DNA from: Neocallimastix sp. 'constans'
Taxonomy: Eukaryota
Assembly: GCA_050613775.1 (NCBI GenBank)
Contig: JBODTK010000114.1
Location: 124,001-188,000, forward strand
Length of the DNA stretch: 64,000 bases
Reading direction: 5' to 3'
In this document: piece by piece, positions 54,066-64,000 of the stretch
How the letters are laid out: each line of letters begins with the position of its first letter
Position numbering within the stretch: the stretch's first letter is position 1
Notes under the pieces: generated by a model
Databases searched by the model: none
Seen by the model: the letters and a program-made list of their open reading frames with translations, nothing else
Told to the model about the DNA's origin: nothing
Program-made: the position numbers and the translations under genes

Positions 54066-54335
54066 AATGTATCATTGAAATTAATTATTAATATAAACCT
54101 TATTTATTAATATTCTCAGAATTATTAGGCCTAAGATAACCCTTTAAATATTAAACAAGAATTTATATTAATTATTAGTTATTTAAATATATATATTATT
54201 TATAATTAAATAAATAATATTTTTAATTATTGAAATGTAAATAACTGAAATTGAGATTTCAATTCAGTTATAATTTCAACATATTAATGATTAATAATTT
54301 AATTATAATTTTTTAATTAAATTATTACATACAAA

Positions 54336-54640
54336 TGTTAAGGTTTTAGAGAATTAAATAAAAATAAAGTAAGAAACACAAATTTTATTTATTTATTTAT
54401 TATTTTTATTTATAAATTTATTTGATTTTATTTGATGATATTTAAAAATTAGTAGCAAAATTTACAACTATTTATACTTTTTTCAAGGCATAAAAGTTGT
54501 TCTTGCCACTAAATTACATTTTATTTATTTTTTTTTTTTTTATAAAAACTATTAAATTTAAATTGATTTTTAATTTTTATAATTAATTATATAAAATTTA
54601 ATTATAACAATATAAATAAAATACATTTATAATATTAATA

Positions 54641-54679
<39 letters not shown>

Positions 54680-55161
54680 TATCTAAAATATTACTAATAA
54701 GAATTTATTTAATTGGCTATAATTTTTTATTACAATCTGTTAAAATATTCAAATAAAAATAAAAATACTGTTCTAATATAAAGGTTTTTAATAAAATAAA
54801 ATATTTTTCAATATAAAATAAAACATTTCGATATAAAATTTTATAATAAAAAGTTAAAATATAATATATAAATTTTTAATTATCAATATATAAAAATATT
54901 ATTAATATAAATTTTCATTATTAATATAAAAAAAATAAGATTTATTATTAATATTGCTAATATAAGTTTTAAATATATAAAAATATTACTATTAATATAA
55001 GATTTAATATAAAAATATAAAGTTTAATATAATTTTTGATTTAATTTTTGATCTTTGGATTTAAAAATTTATTAAAGTACAAAAATAATAATGTACACAT
55101 AATGTATTAGAAATAAATCGTAGATTTAATTAAGAATGCATTATTTAGTACATTCTTATCA
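54336..55161 (-). mobile_element. Solo LTR of the element C family, 15 bp upstream of the tRNA gene
   Basis: Nearly identical to 12640-13474; 4-bp TSD CAAA at 54332-54335 and 55162-55165. Confidence 0.95.
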
Positions 55162-55176
55162 CAAATTTTTAATAAA

Positions 55177-55269
55177 GCTCCTGTAGCCTAGAGGTTTAAG
55201 GCGTCGTGCTTATAAGGGTGCACCTCTTATGCTACGCGAAGATCGCGGGTTCGACCCCCGCCAGGAGCA
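55177..55269 (+). tRNA. tRNA-Ile(UAU) with 19-nt intron (55215-55233)
   Basis: Acceptor stem GCTCCTG/CAGGAGC; anticodon stem TCGTG/CGCGA around CT-TAT-A; T arm GCGGG-TTCGACC-CCCGC; intron at the canonical 37/38 position. Confidence 0.93.
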
Positions 55270-55342
55270 TATTTCAATTTTTATAATTATATTTTTTTTT
55301 AAAAAAATATAAAAATAAAAATAGAATTATAAATAATAAATA

Positions 55343-55374
<32 letters not shown>

Positions 55375-55850
55375 TTTAAAACAAAATGTTTAATTAAATA
55401 TTATTATTATTTTTTTTAAAAAAATAATTAATAATTAAATATCTAATTTTGTATTATTTCTATTAGTTTTTGAAGAAAAACTCTATTTTTTTTTATGGGG
55501 AAGTAATTAATTTTACGTTTTTATATTTTAAATAGGAAAAATAGAAAACAAATTTCATTAATTGATATTATCTTCTTACTTGATTTATGACAGAACTATA
55601 AATTATATAATTAAACATTTACTTCAAAAATTTTTAATTAATAATATCCTTACTTCTCTATTTTAAAACTTCATATTTTAGTTTCATTTAAATTGCATTC
55701 AGTTCTTTTCTTTTGTCCTCAAAACTCATAACTATCAAAAATATATATATTACTATACAATGAGAGACATATTGTTAATAAATTACTTTAATGACTTCTT
55801 TATTTTTTATTCATTAATAGCTTTATATATGTTTTCATTTATTCAAATGA

Positions 55851-56001
<151 letters not shown>

Positions 56002-57275
56002 TGTTAGAATATGTGAAATATATGTTAAATGTATTGTATTATATGTAATATATGAGCCACAATGTATTAATATAAAAGCATGTAAATTTATTAAATTTAA
56101 ATATTTGCAGCTCTTTATCATAAAATATATTAATATAGTTGACATAATAATAAAACCCAAACTATTGACTCTTAACAGATTAAGAGTCTCATCGACTCTT
56201 TAAAGGAATATTTATATCATTAGCCGGAATTGAAAAATGTCAACTTGAATAAAATACCTAGGATCCAGAATTTATAATAAAAGTTGTCATTATGTCAACT
56301 TTAGAGAAGATTGATCTACTTTGAAGAAAAATGATCTTAAAATTTCAAGAATATGAAAACACGTAAAAATTATGTATTTTACGAAAGAAAATTCCCCTGA
56401 AAGAAATAATATGCTAAATAAAATAATAAATTAGAATATAAGACATGTATAATATAAATGAGAGACGTAACAATTAATATGCAGAATATTTTTTGAGACT
56501 CCTAATTAAGATTAATAAGGAATACAAATAAATCATTAATTGGTAAATAAACAACTTTTGAATATTAAAGGCTATCTATTCACAACTAATCAGGTTAATA
56601 ATTAAATAAAATGACCTGAAACCATAGAAGTTAACCATAAGAGTTGTCAAATATAAATATAGACGTAAAAACTAGAGAGTTAAACCATGAGTTGTCAAGA
56701 GTACGTAAAATCAAAGAGGTAAACCATGTGTTATCAATTAGGCGTAAGCCCTAATGAGGTTGCCAAAATATAATAATAGGATGGTACAAATAAGAGTAAC
56801 CAATCCGAAAAATATACTTTGAATATAATAATTAATAATTTTACCTATAATAAAAATATAAAAGTTTTAAGACTTTTAACCCCAAAAATGTCATATAAAT
56901 ATAGGGTAATAATATAGTTGTTAAAATAAAACAAGCTAATATATAAATAAGTATATAAAATTACAATTAATGAAAATTAAATTATAGCATATTAATATTG
57001 GAATAGATATAGTATAGTACAGATATTCACTTTCAAACCAAAATTATTCTTTTAAAATAATTTGATTTAAGGGGGGAATGTTAGAATATGTGAAATAAAT
57101 GTGAAATATACGTTAAATATATTGAAATGTATTGTAATATATGTAATATATGAGCCACAATGAATTAATATAAAAGCATGTAAATTTATTAAATTTAAAT
57201 ATTTGTAGCTCTTTATCGTAATATATATTAATAAAGTTGACATAATTATAAAACCCAAACTATTGACTCTTAACA
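56002..57275 (+). mobile_element. TRIM-like non-coding LTR element inserted in the (AAT)n tract
   Basis: Short LTRs 56002-56177 and 57079-57275 (TGTTAGAA...CTCTTAACA); PPT AAGGGGGGAA at 57069-57078; no coding capacity. Confidence 0.85.
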
Positions 57276-57670
<395 letters not shown>

Positions 57671-57699
57671 TAATTGTGAATTATCCATTTATTTATCTA

Positions 57700-58154
57700 T
57701 GATACCACAACAAGAGTGGTTATACATATTTTGAAAGAAATTGTTCCAAATGAATGGAACAGAAACCATTTCGATGACATCAACCACAATAATAATCTTG
57801 AAAACATGATATTTAATAATCGTGTATTATTATTTAATCAAAATAAGTGTAATAGAAACTCCAAAATAGATTACAATAACAACACAATAAGATTTTATTT
57901 TATTAAAATTTTTTATTAAAAATATTTTTTTCTTAATATTATACATCGAAAAAAATGTGAAAAGTATCTTCTATTTATACTTTTCCTAAATATATTGATA
58001 ATATATTATTTTATTTAATTTGCATATATGTTAATATAAAACTATCCTAATGAATTTTATTAAATAATAAATTTATAAACTATAGCTAAATTTAGAAAAA
58101 TATAATTATTAATTAAACTAAATACTGAATAATTTAAATTAAGTACATTTATTA
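57700..58154 (-). mobile_element. Probable old solo LTR of the 4-bp-TSD clade inside the copia 5' LTR
   Basis: TGATAC start; CTATTTATACTTTT core as in the C LTR; TCTA on both sides; right terminus degenerate (ATTA). Confidence 0.5.
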
Positions 58155-58499
58155 TCTATTTATTATTTTAATATTATAAGTAAAATCTTTATTTATTTTC
58201 AATTTAAAAACAATGCTGAAAGAGTTATGATTAAATTTTGAAACTTAATTTTCATAAAATAAGATATTAATTTATTTTGTTTTAAACTTTAATCAATTCA
58301 TTTAAATCATTGTAAAACAATAATTTTCTCAGAATTATTTTTTTTTAAAAATTATTACATTAAAAATTTGTCTTGTGGCTTAAAGAATATAATTCATAAA
58401 TTTTTACTTTATTTATTATTTTATAAATCAAAGAATAATTTACATTTTTGAATTACACAAGAAAAATTTTTAATTTAAAAAGTGATTGGGATAATCACA

Positions 58500-59157
58500 T
58501 CTTTACAATAAAAACAAAGTCATAGAAATGACGCAAAACATGGTTTATGACTTATCGTTGCTAATGATTTTCAATATAGAAACGAAGATCAGTTCTGAAG
58601 TAAATAGAGCAACATCTAGCTTCAGAATGTTTGAAAAACTTAAGGAAATGTACGGCAATAATAATAATGACACCGAATACTGGCTCAGAAAATTAAGAAA
58701 ATTAAAAACAAATGATTGAAGCCAGATTATGAAAACTGCCAATGAAGTTAAAAAAAACTTTGGAGAAATGCAAGAAGCAAATGTAATCATCACAGAAAGA
58801 GAAAAATTAAAGTACATGTACAATATTATACCAGATGACTTTAAAATTCTTATAGACGTTACTTTGAATACTACCACTGACGAATTATATGACTACATAA
58901 AGGAAAGAATTTATGCTAGGTCGTGTTTAGAAAATTTGGAAGAAAGTAAAAATGATTACAACAATGACCCAATGGATGTTGATTTGCTTTCCTACTATAA
59001 TAGAAACAAAAATAAAGGAATCAGGAATCGTAGAATCAACAACAAAAAAAGTAAAACAAATATGAAGAAAGATAACAGACCTTTCTGCCATATTTGTGAA
59101 GTAAGAGGACATTCTACAAGAGAATGTCAATATAATAACAAATTGTTTAAAATATGA
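58500..59157 (+). pseudogene. Copia gag remnant
   Basis: LKEMYG, DPMDVD, CCHC knuckle; internal stop at 58717-58719. Confidence 0.7.
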
Positions 59158-60369
59158 AATAAGCAATGATATACATAACGATAAAAAGACGGTAAATAAT
59201 AATAATGAAAATAATATAGATAACTTACCTTCTACTTCCAATAATATCCTGAATTGTAAAAATGTTAATCTGGAAATTTCAAATTTCAAATTTCAAATGA
59301 ATTTCTTAAAAATACTGATAAAAGTAGGAAAGAAAAAGAAGTCATCCGTGACGATGAAACTCATAAACCATACAATCCTGTTACTCCTTTTACTTCCATT
59401 GTTTATATTCCTACAATTAATAAAATTATTGATAAAAAACCAAAAATCATAGAAAATAAAGAAATTATTAAAAATAATAATTCTGATAATATAAATAATT
59501 CAAAAAAATGATACTTACAAGAATGAAAAAAAAATTTTAATAATAAAAATTTTTCAAAAAATGACAAAATTCTTCATAAAATACTTTCTAAAATTGAAAA
59601 TATTTTTTTATTAATAAAAATTTTTCAAAAATCGACAAAAATTTTACTTCAAAATTATTGGAAGATAATTCTCAATTTAATGTTAATCATAACAAATTTA
59701 AATTTAAATTAAATTCTAATAATGACATTAACAAATTAAATAATAATTCAAATTTAAAGGTTAATAAATCACTTGATAATGATGATTTAAAGGATCTTTC
59801 ACATAAACATATTAATGATGATCATAAAATTATGGAAGAGAAAAATTTTTAAAAAAATGACAGAAATTTTATTAATGAAAAAATTATTCAAAATGATGAA
59901 AATAATTATATCAATAATTCTTCTAAAAATAATGAGCTTAATCTACTTAATAACAATGACAACTCTCCTGATCTTAATAGTAATGCTTCTTCAATTAATA
60001 GTCATCAATGTAATCATAATAAAAACAAAAATTATATTAATGAAAGTCCTAGTTTGGAGGGGATTAAAACTGTTGAAAATAATACTGAAAGTTTTGAAAA
60101 TTCTTCTCATAATAACTCTAAAAATAATTTGTTCCTTGATCACAATTCTTGCCTGGAACATTCTTCTAATTCACCTGAAAATTACCATACAATTATTAAT
60201 TCCATAATTAATGGTGAAGACTATGATATACCTGATTTTCCTAATAATAATAATACTTCTCAAAATGATATTAAAATGAATAATATTACTTCTAACCCAT
60301 TAAGAAAAAGACCGCGTAGTTCTTCAATTCCTGATTTTTCTAATACCATTGATTCAAAAGTAGTGTACG

Positions 60370-60830
60370 ACCATAAGGGAGAAATTAAGGCCTATACTGA
60401 TTCGGACTTTGGAAGTGACTTGGAAGAAAGAAAATCTACTTCTGGAGGTATAATTCTAATGGGAAATTCACCAGTTTATTGGATTTCTTAAAAATAATTT
60501 TGTATAGCTACATCTACCACCAAGACAGAATATATAAGTACTTCTGAAAATTTGAAGAAATTTTTATGGATAAGAAACATATTAAAAGAATTAATAAATT
60601 ATAATAAAACCATAACAATATATACAGATATTTAGCTAACAAAACAACAATAGAAAATAGAGAAATAAATACAAAATTAAAACACAAACATAAGATTCCA
60701 TTTCAATAAAGATAACGATAACATTGATAAGAAAATAGTTAAATTAGAAAATATAGATACAAATAATATGCTAGCAGATACATTAACAAAAAATACAAAA
60801 GGGATAAAAATTTTAATTTTTACAAATATG
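60370..60830 (+). pseudogene. Copia RNase H remnant
   Basis: AYTDSDFGSDLEERKSTSGGIILMGNSPVYWIS*..STTKTEYI..IYTD..MLADTLTK, with stops and frameshifts. Confidence 0.8.
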
Positions 60831-61642
60831 TTTTTTTACAAATAAATCTAATTTGAAGGGGAGTGTGAACTATCCATTTATTTATCTATTTTATTCATTT
60901 ATTTATTTATTATAATTTTTTGCATAACATAAATCTTTGCTAAAGCATTTTTAATTTATTTTTAATTTATTTTATGTAAACTATATCACATTTATGAATC
61001 ACATAATGTATTATATAAAGATTACGTTTAGTATGATTTAACTTTCTGTTAACCTTTTATACAATTACTGTATAATAAATTTACTATAATATTAATAAAG
61101 CTAGTAATAATAATAATAATAATAATAATAATTATATAAAGATTGTTTTTTTTTTAAAGTATAAAATAATATACAAATAAATAATTTTAATAATTTAAAT
61201 TTGTAATTAAATAATAGAAAAGTACAAATCATAAATATTTATGTAAAAAATTAAGTTTAAAATGTAAATTAACATTATTTATAATAATCCATCTTTTACA
61301 TTTATCATGCGCATGTAAATAGTTTCTTTATTCAAGTGAAATAATTATATAGTTAATATAAAAATAATATTTTATTCTTTAGAAGAAAACTCAAGACCTT
61401 CGTCAATAAATAATTTCCAAATTAATGAATAAATGTATAAATAATTAATAACTAAATAAGTTCCTTTAATGAATTAAAAGTCTCATTTGTACTCTTAACA
61501 TTCTTAAAACATTAATAAATTTATATAAAATATCTCTAATAAAATGAAGTATTAATTAAATATTATTTTAATACAAAATAATAATAGTTTTCTAAAACAC
61601 AAAATAATTATAATATAAATTTTTAAATTATAAATTTATTAA

Positions 61643-62930
61643 ATGAATGACTTTTTTCCTTTCAAAAAGGAGATAATATTGAATGTCAAAAATTTTAATA
61701 TATTACATGATAATTTAACTAACGTTCTAGAGAAAGATGACATAAACGATTTTCTAATTATAGATTTAATAGCTAAAACCCAAAAAGATAAAAATAAAAC
61801 TGAAGATGATCTAAGGGAATTTAAAAAGAAAAATTCATAAAATGATACAATGGATGAACAAATTAAAGGGTATAAAGGCAAAAAGAGAAGAAGATGATAC
61901 TCCTTCCCTTAAATAAAAAATATTCAATCATTTACTTGTATGGAATCTTCCGGAAATAGGATATCCTAAAAGGAAAAAGTAGCATACTTATTAAAATCAT
62001 TACCATCTAGCTATAAAAGAAAAATAACTCTAAAGAATGACGAAACAGCTGTTGACCTAAAAACTACTATAGTAAAGTACGTAAATACTTGGTTACATGT
62101 TGATGATCTTTCTGCTAATGAAGAAGAGGCGGATGATCTAATGAATATCGACTATGCTGGGAAACTTGGTCCCAAAGAACAGAAAAATTTAAAGACCAAG
62201 AATAATAATAAAAAAATTTTCTAAAAAAAAGAAAATTCCAGTAAACCAGTTAATAAAAATAAATTTAATAATTATCACAATAATAAAAATAATAAATATT
62301 GTGAAATATGTAAAAGAAGTGGTCATACCACCAAAGAATGTAGGTATAATCCAAGAAATCCAAATGGATTATATAATAAATACTACATTCCAGATAAACA
62401 AAAATTTAAAAAAAAATTACCATCCACATAATAATGGACAAAATGAAAGAACAATCAGATATATTAATGTTTATAACGAATGTTATGATAATGTATCTTA
62501 CATTATATAATATACATGATAAAAATGAAAAATTTTAATATTAATCATAATAATGAAGAAAAATCAAAATGGTTCAGCGCTGAGGAAGATATAACTAATG
62601 ATTTAAGTCTACTTAAAAATTATAAAATAGAAAAAATTAAATTAAGATCTGAAAATAATATTTTTGGAAAATTCGAGTTTACCATCAGTAGCCATTATTT
62701 TAAATTTAAAAAGGTATTATATTTTTAAAATGTGGCTAAAAATATTATTAGTGGTACAGAATGGGCCAAATAAGGTGTTAAAAACTTGACTAAAAAAGAT
62801 AAACACATTAGTATTATTCAAATATTAAATAGCAAATACACTAATATTCCTACATTTCAAGCTAATAATAATAATGAAATTAAAATAGTATTAATAGATT
62901 ATAATATTGAAGATGAAAGAAACAACAAAA
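61643..62930 (+). pseudogene. Second heavily decayed copia-like gag/protease remnant
   Basis: CEICKRSGHTTKEC knuckle near 62300; KKVLYF*NVAKNIISG resembles the copia protease end; many stops. Confidence 0.55.
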
Positions 62931-62931
62931 A

Positions 62932-63021
62932 TACTTTAATTAAAAAATAAAAATATTTTAAAAGTTTAATTTAAATAAATATATTAAACTTTTAAAATAT
63001 TTTTATTTTTTAATTAAAGTA
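62932..63021. repeat. Perfect 39-bp inverted repeat with 12-nt spacer
   Basis: 62932-62970 is the reverse complement of 62983-63021. Confidence 0.9.
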
Positions 63022-63224
63022 AAATATAATATCAAGTTACTATTAAATAAATTAAAATTATTTATATTGGCTCTTTAAAAGAATTAGTAAAAAAATTTAA
63101 ATTAAATAATGAATATATTTTAAAAATATAATAAATTCATAAAAATATCGAAATAAAAAATCAATATTTTTAGAGATAATAAATATTAATTATTTTATTT
63201 TAATAAAAATTATTTCAATACAAT

Positions 63225-64000
63225 GAGTGTGTGGCATTTCGCAAAATTTCATTTCGGAAAAGTTTCATTTCGCAAAATTTTTTGTGTCATTTCGAAAAAT
63301 TTCATTTCGCAAAATTTTAATAAATAGATAAATAAATAATAAAATAAATAAATAAAAAATTTAATTTAATATATAAAAAAAAATTTATAAATTATAAATA
63401 ATTAAATAAATATTTTTTTTATTTTATTATATTTTTATTTATTAGATAAAAAAAAAAAAAAAAAAAAATAGTTAATAATTGTAGAATTATTTTTCTTTTC
63501 ATAGATTATTGAATCAATAAATAATAATAACAATTATAATAATAATAAAATTTAATAATTATATAAATTATAAAATTTTATTATTATTATAAATTTAATT
63601 ATTTAATTTATTAATTGAAAAATAAAACTTTTAAATATTTAGATATTAATATTAAAAAAATAAAATAATTTTAAAAAGGATTTTTAGGTAACAATATATT
63701 AAAAAAAAAATACTATAAATAAAAAATAAGCTCAATTTTATTTAAAATTTATATAATTAAATATATTGAATAAGATTGAATAATTGAAAATTAATTAAAA
63801 ATATTTAACAAAATGGAAGAACTAAAAATAGATATTAGTGAAACTAATAAAGGAAAAGAACAAATAATTATTAATAAAAAATATAAATATAATTATTCAT
63901 ACACTAAAAAGAATAAATCAAAGGTATATAGATGTACCGAATATAAAACTTTAAATAAATGTAAATCTTACATTATTTTTAATGATAAAAAAGAAATTTT
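63225..64000 (+). mobile_element. Left end of a probable MULE (Mutator-like) DNA transposon
   Basis: GAGTGTGTGG followed by five CATTTCG(C/G/A)AAAA(T/G)TT subrepeats (63235-63318), upstream of a FLYWCH-like ORF; other end is outside the window. Confidence 0.6.
63813..64000 (+). CDS. N-terminus of a FLYWCH-like zinc-finger/MULE transposase (partial, runs off the window)
   Basis: MEELKIDISETNKGKEQIIINKKYKYNYSYTKKNKSKVYRCTEYKTLNKCKSYIIFND; T-x-K-G...Y.Y...YRC...C pattern. Confidence 0.65.
   Translation, partial: MEELKIDISETNKGKEQIIINKKYKYNYSYTKKNKSKVYRCTEYKTLNKCKSYIIFNDKKEI

Larger units (their letters stand above)
46882..54281 (-). mobile_element. Element H: chromovirus-lineage Ty3/gypsy with separate gag and pol
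   Basis: LTRs 46882-47594 and 53184-54281 (713 bp after removing L); 5-bp TSD TATTA at 46877-46881 and 54282-54286; PPT GGGAGGG on minus. Confidence 0.95.
57675..60890 (+). mobile_element. Decayed Ty1/copia element (3' LTR starts at 60864, its right end is unresolved)
   Basis: LTR start TGTGAA(T/C)TATCCATTTATTTATCTA at 57675 and 60864; PPT GAAGGGGAG; gag knuckle CHICEVRGHSTREC; copia RNase H AYTDSDFG..RKSTSG..WIS and LADTLTK; stops and a large deletion. Confidence 0.8.

Overview
Extremely AT-rich eukaryotic DNA. Base composition and element types suggest an anaerobic gut fungus (Neocallimastigomycota), which is an inference. The window is almost entirely a nested pile of Ty3/gypsy LTR retrotransposons lying upstream of one intron-containing tRNA-Ile(UAU) gene (55177-55269). 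To its right are a TRIM-like element, decayed Ty1/copia remnants and the start of a probable MULE DNA transposon. No ordinary host protein gene was found. Target-site duplications (TSDs) resolve the nesting. Element A (730-39065, -) holds B (6619-29622, +) and E (29630-39049, +) in its 5' LTR. B holds D (12623-27427, +) in pol, D holds C (12640-20728, -) in its 5' LTR, and E holds G (29678-33114, -) in its 5' LTR. Further right are solo LTR J, fused pol fragments F and K, LTR I, element H (46882-54281, -) carrying solo LTR L, and a C-family solo LTR. Main discovery: the LTRs of chromoviruses A and D carry an RNA polymerase III type-2 promoter (A box + B box at tRNA spacing, no cloverleaf). A second clade with 4-bp TSDs inserts 22-23 bp from the A box of these LTR promoters, and 23 bp from the A box of the real tRNA gene, always in the same orientation. 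One retrotransposon clade therefore appears to carry landing pads for a tRNA-targeting clade. Other notable signals are Tf1-like self-priming with covarying primer/PBS pairs in five elements, a covarying structured RNA motif shared by the 5' UTRs of three elements from two clades, and a non-autonomous LTR element with an orphan coiled-coil ORF.
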